Positions 18,508-28,436 of a stretch of 64,000 bases of DNA are shown here, in pieces (position 1 is the stretch's first letter; each line of letters starts with the position of its first letter). The notes beneath the pieces are model-generated. The model saw nothing but the letters and a program-made list of their open reading frames with translations, ran no database searches and was not told the DNA's origin. Made by a program: the position numbers and the translations under genes. The DNA is taken from positions 14,208 to 78,207 of the IMG/VR virus record IMGVR_UViG_3300042869_000717, one strand, 5' to 3'. This DNA comes from a virus. Lineage: Duplodnaviria; Heunggongvirae; Uroviricota; Caudoviricetes.

Positions 18508-18771
18508 TCAGTTCTTTACTACGGAAACCAAATTTTTTTTAAATGTGATAGAAATTCTTTTTTGGTGATAATTACTCCAAAAATTATTTCTCAATCGTCT
18601 TAAGAATCGATTTTCAAGACCAACGATATCAGAAGAAAAATATTTATTATCCCAAAGATTAAAACATTTTTCAGTGCATTCTAAATGTTCCTTCGTTTTA
18701 GAAGAATTTAAAATTCTAACAACCCATTTATAGTCGTTGAGTGCTGATGTTAAATTAGTTGAAATCCCCAT
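18508..18771 (-). CDS. hypothetical protein
   Basis: ORF track 87 aa. Confidence 0.4.
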   Translation of the reverse strand: MGISTNLTSALNDYKWVVRILNSSKTKEHLECTEKCFNLWDNKYFSSDIVGLENRFLRRLRNNFWSNYHQKRISITFKKNLVSVVKN

Positions 18772-18856
18772 TTTATTTTTTTTGTAAAGATAAGTATTCT
18801 TTTTATAAAAAAATTAACTTTATTAAAAATCTTTATTTAATCCAACACACAACGGG

Positions 18857-19513
18857 TTAAACATACTTAAACACATATCCGTGAGTTTGATTTCGTTTAC
18901 CTTTAGCCACTAAACAAGCCTTACTATTTGATTTGTGAAACCCTAAAATTCTACACGCTTCTGAAATAGAGTGAAATCTCCCAACATACTCATTATTATT
19001 GAAGTTGTAAACATCTGTGGATTTTGCCTGTCCTGATTTAATTGTTCTTAATGATTGTTTATGTTTTTCTTCCTCAGACCTTTTTTGGCCTGTTAAAGAT
19101 TTACTTCTTTTTAATATGGTTTCTTTTGATGGTGATTTACCAAAATTGGGGTTTTTATCCCCTAATTTGGATTGTCTCATTTTTTCTTTAGTGTTTTCAG
19201 ACATAACACAATTCCATATACCATCACCACCATCCGTCATATTACATAAACACCCAGTGTTTAAATCTTTCCTACCATATAATTTAATAAATTCTTTTTC
19301 TTTTTCAGACGCTTGATTTTTAGTTAAACCTTCAAATAAAATCTCAATTTCAATATCGGTTTTATTAGATATTTTTCTCCAAATTTCATTACGTCTGTTA
19401 GGTTTGGTTTGATATGCTCTTGCGTGATTTTTTTTATTACCTATACCGATATAAAAAGGCTCAGTTTTGTCCAATCTAATGTGTCTATAAACATACCAAT
19501 TATTTTCCATCAT
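18857..19513 (-). CDS. GIY-YIG homing endonuclease (I-TevI/Seg-like) with NUMOD-type DNA-binding C-terminus
   Basis: WYVYRHIRLDKTEPFYIGIG ... R ... E ... N; NPNFGKSPSKETILKRSKSLTGQ NUMOD3-like; C-terminal HTH. Confidence 0.85.
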   Translation of the reverse strand: MMENNWYVYRHIRLDKTEPFYIGIGNKKNHARAYQTKPNRRNEIWRKISNKTDIEIEILFEGLTKNQASEKEKEFIKLYGRKDLNTGCLCNMTDGGDGIWNCVMSENTKEKMRQSKLGDKNPNFGKSPSKETILKRSKSLTGQKRSEEEKHKQSLRTIKSGQAKSTDVYNFNNNEYVGRFHSISEACRILGFHKSNSKACLVAKGKRNQTHGYVFKYV

Positions 19514-19637
19514 ACTTTTTTATTTCGTTAAGTATTAATTTTTCAACCCAATCATTTAATTTAATAGAATTATTATTACAATATTCCTTTAATTTTTGGT
19601 GGGTTTCTTTACTAATTATTAAAGTTTTTCTTTCCAT
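19500..19637 (-). CDS. small ribbon-helix-helix-like protein (45 aa, not in track), overlapping start of GIY-YIG gene
   Basis: MERKTLIISKETHQKLKEYCNNNSIKLNDWVEKLILNEIKKYDGK: beta strand + two helices typical of CopG/Arc RHH. Confidence 0.35.
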   Translation of the reverse strand: MERKTLIISKETHQKLKEYCNNNSIKLNDWVEKLILNEIKKYDGK

Positions 19638-19687
19638 ATTAATAAATATTATGGAAATGTAAAAAAGTATAAAAAAGTATAAAAAAA

Positions 19688-20500
19688 TTATGATAATAAC
19701 TTAAAATATTCTACAAAGTGCTTATATCGGTCCTCAATTCCATTCAACCCGCCATTTACACATTTAGTCACACTTTCAACAACGGCTCTTGACGAACCAC
19801 TATCACATTTAGGTAAACATCTTGTAAAGAACCAAGATGCTGATAATATTGGGTACTTAGTAGCGACTAAATCAGGGTTAGAAACCAAATCTTCATTAAT
19901 TGCCTTTCCAAACGCAATATAATTTTCTTTTCCTGTCAACTGGATACCACCGCGGCCACGAAATTTGAACCCTTCTTTTGTTGATTCATCACCATTACCC
20001 ATTCTTCCACCATATACTTTTGATGCAATTTTTTCAGGGTTTCTTGAATAAGATTCTGATAAATTACCAGGGAAATATTTAGGGAATATTTTTTTAAGAC
20101 CATCCGCAGAATAATTTAAATTTTCTTGGAATACTTTGAACCCCCCCGATTCGTGACCACACTGAGAAAGGAAATGAGACAACCTTAATGGTGTGTTAAT
20201 TTTGAATTTTTCAATAACTTCAGGAATCTGTGCAATTATTGATTCAGGAATATGTCCTTTTAATTTTTCTAAATTGATTGACCCCCCTGTCGGGATAACT
20301 ACATCTTCTTTAATCACAGAATTAAACATTTTTTTCCAAGTTCCTTCACCAACAATTCCGTCAGAAGTTAATCCATTTTTAGTTTGCCATTCTTTAACCA
20401 ATTTTTTAGTACCGGGACCAAAAGACCCATCAACTGTTGTACCCAATTTTAATTGAAGTTTTTTCACTTCTTCTCCGGTTGACCCAATTTTTAATGTCAT
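19688..20500 (-). CDS. endolysin: N-terminal peptidoglycan-binding domain (PG_binding_1) + C-terminal GH19 lysozyme-like/chitinase-like domain
   Basis: LKIGSTGEEVKKLQLKLG...DGSFGPGTKKLVKEWQ (PG-binding); HESGGF ... YGGRMGNG ... FRGRGGIQLTG ... NY (GH19 catalytic motifs). Confidence 0.85.
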   Translation of the reverse strand: MTLKIGSTGEEVKKLQLKLGTTVDGSFGPGTKKLVKEWQTKNGLTSDGIVGEGTWKKMFNSVIKEDVVIPTGGSINLEKLKGHIPESIIAQIPEVIEKFKINTPLRLSHFLSQCGHESGGFKVFQENLNYSADGLKKIFPKYFPGNLSESYSRNPEKIASKVYGGRMGNGDESTKEGFKFRGRGGIQLTGKENYIAFGKAINEDLVSNPDLVATKYPILSASWFFTRCLPKCDSGSSRAVVESVTKCVNGGLNGIEDRYKHFVEYFKLLS

Positions 20501-20606
20501 AATAATTTACTTTTATAACTATAAATATATTATCAGGGTGATTATTAGTTTTTAATGATGCGCGATTATTAGTTTTTATGGGGGTATTTATTATAAAATA
20601 GAATGT

Positions 20607-21233
20607 ATGAATAATTTAAGAGAATTAATAAAAGAGACTTTGGAGTCTCATTTAGACAAAACTTTGGTTTTGAAAGAAGATGTGGTGATTTCCGAATCAT
20701 TATCCTATCATATTACTGAAAAAATATCATTAACTGACAATGTCTTTAGGGCTTATTCTCAAAAATATTTTGATTTGGTTAATGAGGTTAGAAATTTATG
20801 GAATGAAGGTAAAATAGACCTTAATGAGGAAGATAAAATGATGGTTGAATCTGATTTAGGGGTTAAAGTTAAAATAGGTAAAGAATATGTTTATTTGGAC
20901 GCCCCTTATATCTATGAAACTGAGACTGAAGAGGATATTTTAAAAGAGGCAATACATAGAGGAAAAAAGGTTGAACTAAATAAACCTAAAAGAACTCCCG
21001 GAGGCCCTAAGAAATTTGCGGTTTATGTTAAAACACCTGGTGGTGGTATTAAAAAAGTTACCTTTGGTGACCCTAATTTAAAAGTCAAAAACAGTAATAA
21101 AGTGGCGGCAAAATCATTCCGGGCTCGTCATAAATGTGACCAAAAGAAAGATAGAACAACTGCTGGATATTGGAGTTGCTCAATCGGAAGGTATGCAAAA
21201 CAATTAGGTCTTTCATCTTCAAATTCTTGGTAA
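20607..21233 (+). CDS. hypothetical protein
   Basis: ORF track 208 aa, basic C-terminal half. Confidence 0.5.
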   Translation: MNNLRELIKETLESHLDKTLVLKEDVVISESLSYHITEKISLTDNVFRAYSQKYFDLVNEVRNLWNEGKIDLNEEDKMMVESDLGVKVKIGKEYVYLDAPYIYETETEEDILKEAIHRGKKVELNKPKRTPGGPKKFAVYVKTPGGGIKKVTFGDPNLKVKNSNKVAAKSFRARHKCDQKKDRTTAGYWSCSIGRYAKQLGLSSSNSW

Positions 21234-21496
21234 TGGATTTACCATTTCAACAATACATTAAATCAGGAAAAATGATTAGAGTATTCACACCTGATATTGA
21301 ATCTGATGAATTAAAATGGCATCAAGACCTTAAAGACCGAAAAGTTACAGTGGTTGAAGACGGTGGGTGGTCATTCCAAATGGAGAATTTTTTACCAATC
21401 AAATTATCTGAAACTAAAGAATTTAACATACCAAAATTTACTTGGCACAGAGTAATTAAAGGGGAAGGGACTTTAATAGTCGAAATAGAAGAATAA
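21233..21496 (+). CDS. hypothetical protein (track ORF 21170.. trimmed to MDLPFQQ)
   Basis: ATG 21233 right after upstream stop. Confidence 0.45.
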   Translation: MDLPFQQYIKSGKMIRVFTPDIESDELKWHQDLKDRKVTVVEDGGWSFQMENFLPIKLSETKEFNIPKFTWHRVIKGEGTLIVEIEE

Positions 21497-21503
21497 ATAT
21501 AAA

Positions 21504-21535
21504 ATAAAAATACCCCAAACGGGGTATTTTTATTT
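21504..21535. terminator. bidirectional terminator (ATACCCC-AAAC-GGGGTAT flanked by A/T runs)
   Basis: between convergent genes. Confidence 0.75.
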
Positions 21536-22707
21536 TATATTTCACCGGCCTGACAATCTTCATTATTATCAATATATGGTTCGGCGGATATATTACCTCG
21601 AGTAGATACTCCCAACTCAAATGATTCTCCAAGTCTATCGATTCCACCATAAAGATTTCTAAGAGATACTTCTGCATTTTCTCCCAAAATTGCAACTTCG
21701 GTTCTAAGTTGTTCCTCAAGTTGTTCTCTTGTTCTTACCGTTCTGGGTCTTAATTGAATAACTTGTCTCTCTATTATCTCAGGTTCGTTCATTTCAATCT
21801 CCATTGTCTGCATTGGTATTTCTTCTACCATATTATCCTCATTGCCCTCCATCGATATTTCCCCAAGAACTTGAGATTTTTTATACCTAATCCTACTACA
21901 TTCAATTTCAACTTGTATTTGAATTTTAACTGAACATAAATTTTTATTAGTTTTATCCGATTTTAAAATCTTTTTAACAATCGGAAACATATAGTCCTCA
22001 ATTTCTAATTCTAAAAAATCAACTCTACTATCGGCAGCGTTCCAAAAACTTAATTCTTTTTCATTATCAAGAGATTTAAATAATGCAAATTTTAATCCCG
22101 TAACTTTGTTAATAAAATAAACTAAAATACCTCTATTCCAATATCGTTCAAAATATTGTTTATCATTTTGATAAGTGGTACACCATTTAGTTGCGGCTCC
22201 GTATTTTGATGACGCACCGAATGTTAATGGTCTTAATGCTAACCAAACATCATCTTCATACTCCTTAATTATTTGGGATTTCATCATCTTTTCATCCTCT
22301 TTTAACGACGCCAACCCTACTGCCGACCTAATTTCATCGAATGTTTGATATGTTGTAATATCGTTATTTTTAATTAAACCTCTTTCATTATATTTACGGA
22401 ATGAAATTACATCACGAATATCTTCATTGTTGAAAACATCGGTATAAAAATAATATGAATATATTTCATTATCTGACATGTTACCACAATCAAATCCTAA
22501 ATTTTCCATTCTTTCTATAATATGCTCTATTTCAGATTTATAGTCCATTTTACCCCATAGTTTATCCGGTTGAAACCTATGAGAGAATAATTTACAAAGT
22601 AATGGTAAATATTTATTTGTTTTTGTATTATCCATTTTTAAAAACACGTCAATTATTGAAATGTTTAATTCAGGATATTGGTTTTTAATTTCTGTGATTT
22701 TTGACAT
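21535..22707 (-). CDS. hypothetical protein carrying conserved 'WCTT' domain shared with 35717..37072
   Basis: DDVWLALRPLTFGASSKYGAATKWCTTYQNDKQYF...ILVYFINKV aligns with EDLLIMSPHTHEASRKLG...SAWCTTFKSPDHF...VTFYYIKVK. Confidence 0.6.
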   Translation of the reverse strand: MSKITEIKNQYPELNISIIDVFLKMDNTKTNKYLPLLCKLFSHRFQPDKLWGKMDYKSEIEHIIERMENLGFDCGNMSDNEIYSYYFYTDVFNNEDIRDVISFRKYNERGLIKNNDITTYQTFDEIRSAVGLASLKEDEKMMKSQIIKEYEDDVWLALRPLTFGASSKYGAATKWCTTYQNDKQYFERYWNRGILVYFINKVTGLKFALFKSLDNEKELSFWNAADSRVDFLELEIEDYMFPIVKKILKSDKTNKNLCSVKIQIQVEIECSRIRYKKSQVLGEISMEGNEDNMVEEIPMQTMEIEMNEPEIIERQVIQLRPRTVRTREQLEEQLRTEVAILGENAEVSLRNLYGGIDRLGESFELGVSTRGNISAEPYIDNNEDCQAGEI

Positions 22708-22805
22708 AAGTTATTTTTTTTTTTAATAATAATTTTTTTATTCCATCGAATCAAATAATGAATTAAATTTTAACGTTTTAATTTTTTTCGTGTGATTAAA
22801 TATAG

Positions 22806-22813
22806 TATATTTG
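22806..22813 (+). promoter_or_regulatory. -7 box TATATTTG 40 nt upstream of 22854
   Basis: TAnnTTTG. Confidence 0.4.
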
Positions 22814-22853
22814 TACGAAAGAACCAAACTCATTTACCAAGTATTTATAAATT

Positions 22854-23828
22854 ATGGAAGAATTAGAATTACCAATAGAACGACTTAATAAATTTTTATC
22901 TCAACATGATTTTATAGTTGAAGACCCTATGGGGGATTATTTGCCATCTGATGTATTTGCCAATGTTAAAGTTCAAATTACGGGAACTAAAAAAATGATA
23001 AGAATGGGGGATGAAATGATATATGTCACTTACACTTTATTCATTAAGGGTTCTAATCCTATGATGGACGCTCTTACCAATATGTTAATGGACGGTAAAA
23101 AAGAAAAAGTAGTGGGTAATGGGGACTTAACTTTTTATATCTTAACTAACAGAGTTACGGTACAATTACAAAAATTTTTACAGTATTGGGGGTTAAATAA
23201 TCCTGCTATGTGTACCAAAGTGGTAAATGAAACAAGTAAAAACATAAACGAAAGTTTAATTATGGAAAAAAAATATGATAATATTGTTAGGAGAATAGTT
23301 AATGATATTATTTCATTATACAAAACAAAATCATTTGGGGAATACCAATTACCTGATGATTTGAGAGAAACGGAACCATATTATAATCACCCGCAATTAG
23401 GTATTGAATTTAGTTTAAATTTATCTATTAAACAAAGTGATGATGTTAAAACTTTTGAAGTTGATGGTGATTTATATTACAAAGATAATCTGATAGATAT
23501 TGAAATTATAGTAAATCCTAATTCAGGTAATGAGATTATTAATGAACTGGTTAGTGAATTGAATGAAGTTGTTAGACACGAAATTGAACATATTTTACAA
23601 TACGATAGTGGAAGAAGAACAGTTAAAGAACAATCTAACCCATTTAAATATTATACACACAAATATGAAATAGGGGCTCAAAGAGCCGGATTTGAAAAAA
23701 GAGCAAGGCAAGAAAAAAATAGTATGGAAACCTTGGTTCGAAATTGGTTTAAAAAATATCCTCATAAACATAATTTAACACCATTACAAGAAGAAAAAGT
23801 GATTCAAAAAATACTTTCTGAAAAATAA
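22854..23828 (+). CDS. hypothetical protein (HEIEH motif)
   Basis: ORF track 324 aa. Confidence 0.55.
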   Translation: MEELELPIERLNKFLSQHDFIVEDPMGDYLPSDVFANVKVQITGTKKMIRMGDEMIYVTYTLFIKGSNPMMDALTNMLMDGKKEKVVGNGDLTFYILTNRVTVQLQKFLQYWGLNNPAMCTKVVNETSKNINESLIMEKKYDNIVRRIVNDIISLYKTKSFGEYQLPDDLRETEPYYNHPQLGIEFSLNLSIKQSDDVKTFEVDGDLYYKDNLIDIEIIVNPNSGNEIINELVSELNEVVRHEIEHILQYDSGRRTVKEQSNPFKYYTHKYEIGAQRAGFEKRARQEKNSMETLVRNWFKKYPHKHNLTPLQEEKVIQKILSEK

Positions 23829-23829
23829 G

Positions 23830-24450
23830 TTATTTGAGTTTTTTTAGTATTTTTCTGATTGTGACAGTCAAAGCTTGACCACTTAATCCAATAACTCCAG
23901 ATGCTAATAGTCGTTCAACTATTTGTAATGAACTTTGTCTTAAATTTGTTGAAGATTCAGCAATTGCCGTAATATCAAAAATAATTGGGATTAAAAAACT
24001 ATAAGCCGCTACTTCCATAAGTGACCCTATTGTTATGTTAATAGAACTTAAAAACCCTACAAACGCCGATTTTAATTCATGGCCCTTCGATAAAATTTGT
24101 TCAAATTGAGGTAAAACTCCTTCTTCTTTTATTTTTTCAATCAATTTACTAACACCTCTTTTATTTTCAAAAAAGAGCATTGATGCCACCGCAGCAAGGA
24201 TTAAAATCCCCTGTTCCTCGGTTAAATTAAAATTACCGGTTTTAATAAATTCGTCTAATGGTGCGATAAGACCACCAACCGAAGTTCCCCAAGTTAATAA
24301 CATCCTAAGGTTTATTCCATAAATTGCTTTGACACGATTAACTAAGTTTTCAGTGAAAGAATATAGTTCTTTCATGTCGTTAGTCATTTTAGATTTGTCT
24401 TGTTCTGTTAAAATTGTCTTTAACTGTGCTTCTGTGATTAAAAATTCCAT
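23830..24450 (-). CDS. hypothetical protein, partly hydrophobic
   Basis: ORF track 206 aa. Confidence 0.5.
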   Translation of the reverse strand: MEFLITEAQLKTILTEQDKSKMTNDMKELYSFTENLVNRVKAIYGINLRMLLTWGTSVGGLIAPLDEFIKTGNFNLTEEQGILILAAVASMLFFENKRGVSKLIEKIKEEGVLPQFEQILSKGHELKSAFVGFLSSINITIGSLMEVAAYSFLIPIIFDITAIAESSTNLRQSSLQIVERLLASGVIGLSGQALTVTIRKILKKLK

Positions 24451-24481
24451 AATAATAAATATATTGATTATATTTATAAAT

Positions 24482-25087
24482 ATGAAAGGACCATTAAATA
24501 CGCCATTAAAAGCCGGTGATGAAATAGTATGTTTCCATATGGAACATGAAACAAGTGTTCCTCCGGGAACAAAAGGGGTTGTAACTAAAGTTCAAAAAGA
24601 CCCATTTGAATCAGATGATGATGCGTTAATTATTAGTGTTAATTGGGAAAACGGAAGTAAGTTATCGTTGGTTAGTGCAACTGATGCTTGGAAAAAAATA
24701 CAAGAAAAACAACTTGATGAACAAACCGGAAGTAATGAATATGATTTTTTCAGTAAAAATCCTGAGATTTTTGAAAATTTTAATTGGAAATTTTTGAGGG
24801 AATATCTTAAGAAAGTCCAAAAGTCCGGTGCTGTGAATATGTTTCAAGCCGGCCCATTCTTATATTCGGGTAAAGAATGGATTGACCGATATTATGGTGA
24901 AAATAATGAAGACAATGAAAATTTCCAAGAAATGTTAGATAGTGCTGAAGAAGCTAAAGACATAATGGTTCGAGGAACCATAAAATGGATGGAATCGAAA
25001 GGTATGGAAATTGAATTAGACACTGTTAATAGGGTTATTCGTAAATTATCTACAAAAATAGTCGAATTATATATGAAGTTTTATTAA
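24482..25087 (+). CDS. hypothetical protein (trimmed to MKGPLNTPL)
   Basis: TATTTATAAAT motif directly upstream of ATG 24482. Confidence 0.5.
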   Translation: MKGPLNTPLKAGDEIVCFHMEHETSVPPGTKGVVTKVQKDPFESDDDALIISVNWENGSKLSLVSATDAWKKIQEKQLDEQTGSNEYDFFSKNPEIFENFNWKFLREYLKKVQKSGAVNMFQAGPFLYSGKEWIDRYYGENNEDNENFQEMLDSAEEAKDIMVRGTIKWMESKGMEIELDTVNRVIRKLSTKIVELYMKFY

Positions 25088-25281
25088 AAACTCACTCCTT
25101 CAATTTTGTATATAACATCACCATCTAACGATTCCGCTTCAAATCTTACTTCATTTAGATAGGTGAGTTCTAATTGAGTACTCGCGATTAATAATTCCGC
25201 AACTTGGTCCCAAGTTATTAGGTCTTTCATCCATAAAGTGTGGAGAGACCTCATCATTTCAAATTCTGTTGATTCTTTCAT
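25084..25281 (-). CDS. hypothetical small protein
   Basis: ORF track; part of long minus-strand gene run 23830-34406. Confidence 0.4.
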   Translation of the reverse strand: MKESTEFEMMRSLHTLWMKDLITWDQVAELLIASTQLELTYLNEVRFEAESLDGDVIYKIEGVSF

Positions 25282-25289
25282 TCTATTGT

Positions 25290-25565
25290 TTATCTATCTT
25301 TACCTTCTAATATGGCATCAATGTTAATTTTTCCTTCAGTGTCTATGAATTGTTCTAAAAAATCAAGTTTAACTTGTTTGTTTAGTTCTAATAAATTCAT
25401 TTCATCCAACTCTGTTGTTGTGAATTTTTCGTTTGTTAATTCACACAGGTAAGAATGATGAATTACATCATATGTTTTACCTTTATAATCCAATGTGGAT
25501 GGTTCCGACATTAGTTTCATTTCTTTTCCGGTTAATGGACTTTTCATGATTAATTTAAAATCCAA
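25290..25565 (-). CDS. hypothetical protein
   Basis: ORF track 91 aa. Confidence 0.4.
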   Translation of the reverse strand: MDFKLIMKSPLTGKEMKLMSEPSTLDYKGKTYDVIHHSYLCELTNEKFTTTELDEMNLLELNKQVKLDFLEQFIDTEGKINIDAILEGKDR

Positions 25566-25735
25566 TTAATTAATGAATTCATTTGATGTTGTTCATTTTC
25601 GTTTTGGATATGTTCTTGAATATTTTCAATAGTTACATCATCATATTTATCAGGATTTCTAACTTTATCCATTAATAATTCAGTATGTTCCAACATTTCT
25701 TCGTACTTCTCTTTAATTTCTTTTTCTATTCTCAT
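25550..25735 (-). CDS. hypothetical small protein
   Basis: ORF track 61 aa. Confidence 0.35.
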   Translation of the reverse strand: MRIEKEIKEKYEEMLEHTELLMDKVRNPDKYDDVTIENIQEHIQNENEQHQMNSLINWILN

Positions 25736-25968
25736 AATAATATTTCAATTGTTATACCTGCGGAACCTAATGATAGGTTATAGGTATTAAATCTGTTGTC
25801 ATTTAACCATCCATACTTTTCGAAGTTAAAGATGATAATATCTTTTCCTTCGTATTGAGCATGGACGGCATTTGTTTGATAATCTATTGATGGTTGGGAT
25901 ACGAATCCATTTCTAACAGGGTTTATGAAATCTTTTTCTAATTCTTGTGTTGAAATATGTATTAACAT
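25732..25968 (-). CDS. hypothetical protein
   Basis: ORF track 78 aa. Confidence 0.4.
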   Translation of the reverse strand: MLIHISTQELEKDFINPVRNGFVSQPSIDYQTNAVHAQYEGKDIIIFNFEKYGWLNDNRFNTYNLSLGSAGITIEILL

Positions 25969-25987
25969 TTTTAATTACTTATATCAT

Positions 25988-26737
25988 TTATTCCAACCAA
26001 ATCCAAGTTGGGAAGTTTTTATTTCTTATTCTATCTCTAACACTACTATCAGGCATATTAAAAAATTTTGAAGCTTCGACCGCCGAATTAAAAACTAACC
26101 CATCAATATTACATTTTTTGGAAGATGGTTTGGAGTGTCCTACTTTTTTCAAACTCTCTTTAATTTTGTTTCTATGTTCTTCAGAATTAACTTTACCTTT
26201 TCGTCCTGATGGTTTCCCTTTACGGGTTAAAGACATTTTCTTTTTAGTTTCTTCAGAATGTTTATTTTTTGAACTACTAACACTTAATTTATCTTTTGTT
26301 TCATCTGTGTGAGTTTTACCAAAAAATGGATTTTTATCACCACCATATTTACCAATCCGACTATTACTTATTTTTTGTTTGGTCTCATCTGTTAGTTTTA
26401 TCCCATATCTTGGATTATTTTTACCACTAATACTTTCAGAGTATTCTTTTCTAATAATTTCATATAATTTACCCGATACTTGATATCTTTCCTGATAATC
26501 TCTATTAACATTAGACATATTCCACAACGCCATTCTTAATTTTCGGTTTTTAGGATAAATCTCACATAATAATAAATGACAAATAAAATGTTCTTTCGCG
26601 GTTAATTTAACTAAATTCCAACTATCATTAGTTCCACCCATACATTTAGGTATTATGTGATGAGTTTCAGTATAACCGGTTAATAATCTATCTTTTCCGT
26701 TATCAGTAATCTTATTATAAATTTTAATATAATCCAT
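25988..26737 (-). CDS. HNH homing endonuclease with NUMOD3 repeats
   Basis: THHIIPKCMGGTNDSWNLVKLTAKEHFICH (HNH); KNNPRYG / KNPFFGK NUMOD3 repeats. Confidence 0.8.
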   Translation of the reverse strand: MDYIKIYNKITDNGKDRLLTGYTETHHIIPKCMGGTNDSWNLVKLTAKEHFICHLLLCEIYPKNRKLRMALWNMSNVNRDYQERYQVSGKLYEIIRKEYSESISGKNNPRYGIKLTDETKQKISNSRIGKYGGDKNPFFGKTHTDETKDKLSVSSSKNKHSEETKKKMSLTRKGKPSGRKGKVNSEEHRNKIKESLKKVGHSKPSSKKCNIDGLVFNSAVEASKFFNMPDSSVRDRIRNKNFPTWIWLE

Positions 26738-26802
26738 CGTGTCCTTTACATATAAATATCACGATATTTGTAAATGTATAGAAAACAACGGATATTTTTT
26801 AA

Positions 26803-27636
26803 TTAAATTGCCAATTCTAATGGAGAATTTATTTTTTTACCTATATTATCGTAAATAATAAAATCATCAATTGTATACTTGTAGAAGTTTTTGACTTCTT
26901 TTAACTCTATTTTTGGTTGGATGTTAATACCCAAATTAACCCTATCTAATATCTCGTTAGCCGCATCATAATGTCTATCGTAGATATGTAAATTTTGTGT
27001 TAAATGACAAAACTTCCCAACCTGATAATTCAAATGTCCGGCAACCATCATTAAAAATGACACATATTGGATTTTATTTATAAAACCAGCTGTAATATAA
27101 TCATTACTTCGTTGGATTAGAGTCATATCTAAAAACATAACACCATTAACTTTTCTAACCGACCAAATTGTTTCATACGCACAAGGATGTAATCCTTTGG
27201 TGTCTTTCAAATCTTGATATTGATATAAATTTATGATGTGTCGTCTTGAAAATGGGTCATTTTTTAATCCACCCAATAAATCATTCATTAAATTATATTT
27301 TGATACCGTCGCACCATATCTTTGACCTATTGTATCATCACCAATATTCCATTCATCCCACCATAAAACACCTTTTTCTCTTGCTGTAACCAAAGAACTA
27401 TCCTGTGATTGGTAAATCCATAATATTTCTTTAATTCCGGTCTTAATCGCTGTGTTTCGTAATGTTGTTATTGGGAACTCACCTTTTGAAATATCATATT
27501 CCTCAAAAACTTGGGTGATGAATTTACTATGAGCCGGTGTTCCATCAACATATTTTGGTCTTGGGTCTTCATCCAAACAACCTTCAGATAGAATTTTACG
27601 GAGGTTATCATTATAGTATTTATCAGCTTTATTCAT
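26803..27636 (-). CDS. thyA: thymidylate synthase family enzyme (ThyA or dUMP hydroxymethylase-like)
   Basis: RRHIINLYQ...GLHPCA (nucleophile Cys) ... LIQRSNDYITAGFINKIQYVSFLMMVA ... HLTQNLHIYDRH; Asn retained at dUMP-specificity position; motif after Cys diverges from canonical HAFFQFYV. Confidence 0.8.
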   Translation of the reverse strand: MNKADKYYNDNLRKILSEGCLDEDPRPKYVDGTPAHSKFITQVFEEYDISKGEFPITTLRNTAIKTGIKEILWIYQSQDSSLVTAREKGVLWWDEWNIGDDTIGQRYGATVSKYNLMNDLLGGLKNDPFSRRHIINLYQYQDLKDTKGLHPCAYETIWSVRKVNGVMFLDMTLIQRSNDYITAGFINKIQYVSFLMMVAGHLNYQVGKFCHLTQNLHIYDRHYDAANEILDRVNLGINIQPKIELKEVKNFYKYTIDDFIIYDNIGKKINSPLELAI

Positions 27637-27802
27637 ATTTCAAAATATCTACGTAATAATTATCGGTGTTATAACCATATTTAATTCTGCTTTGTTCTGC
27701 TTCTTCTTTAGTTTTGAAAGGACCCAAGATTACATTATGTTCTTTACTCCCGTGTGCTGGTACTTTTTCATACACCGCATAAAGTGTGCCTATAAATCCC
27801 AT
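27629..27802 (-). CDS. hypothetical small protein (57 aa, not in track), ATGA overlap with thyA start
   Basis: MGFIGTLYAVYEKVPAHGSKEHNVILGPFKTKEEAEQSRIKYGYNTDNYYVDILKYE. Confidence 0.35.
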   Translation of the reverse strand: MGFIGTLYAVYEKVPAHGSKEHNVILGPFKTKEEAEQSRIKYGYNTDNYYVDILKYE

Positions 27803-27956
27803 ATACTTTTTCTTTTTCGTTTTATTTTATTCAGTAGTAACTGAAGTATCAGTACTATCATCAGTATCATCTTCTAATTCTTTAACTTGTTGATACCACA
27901 TTGGATTTGGTAATCCGCTGTAATAGTCCCACAATTCATCGTCAATTACTTCTAAA

Positions 27957-28436
27957 TTATTTTCCATTTTCAGACATAGTAATCTTTAAAAACTCTTCCA
28001 TTGAAATTAAATTGGAATCTAATAATCCTCTTAAATAATTTTCATCTGTCATTTTCTCACTAACTTGTTGTGTTAGTATTTTTACAATTCTTTTACTTTT
28101 TTTTCCCATAATTTTTGTATTTCTTTCTAATAATTCATTTCTATTTAATCCGGTATTACTAATCGATTTTTGTCGAGAAATAACTGATATTTCATCCATT
28201 TGTTGAAGTTCTTCATCATTAAATGGTCTTTCACCATATAAATCAATATCAATAATCCCAGTGTCTTCCTTAATAAGGACTTTTAAGTTTTCATAACCCA
28301 AATTTACCCCATTATTTCTTGAATTGATTAATAACTCAATCAATTGGTCGATTGGTATATCGCCAACAAACCTTAACCATGGGTTTGTTTCTACCCCGGA
28401 GATTGTTTCAATATGTTCTTTTTTCTTATTATTCAT
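27957..28436 (-). CDS. hypothetical protein
   Basis: ORF track 159 aa. Confidence 0.5.
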   Translation of the reverse strand: MNNKKKEHIETISGVETNPWLRFVGDIPIDQLIELLINSRNNGVNLGYENLKVLIKEDTGIIDIDLYGERPFNDEELQQMDEISVISRQKSISNTGLNRNELLERNTKIMGKKSKRIVKILTQQVSEKMTDENYLRGLLDSNLISMEEFLKITMSENGK

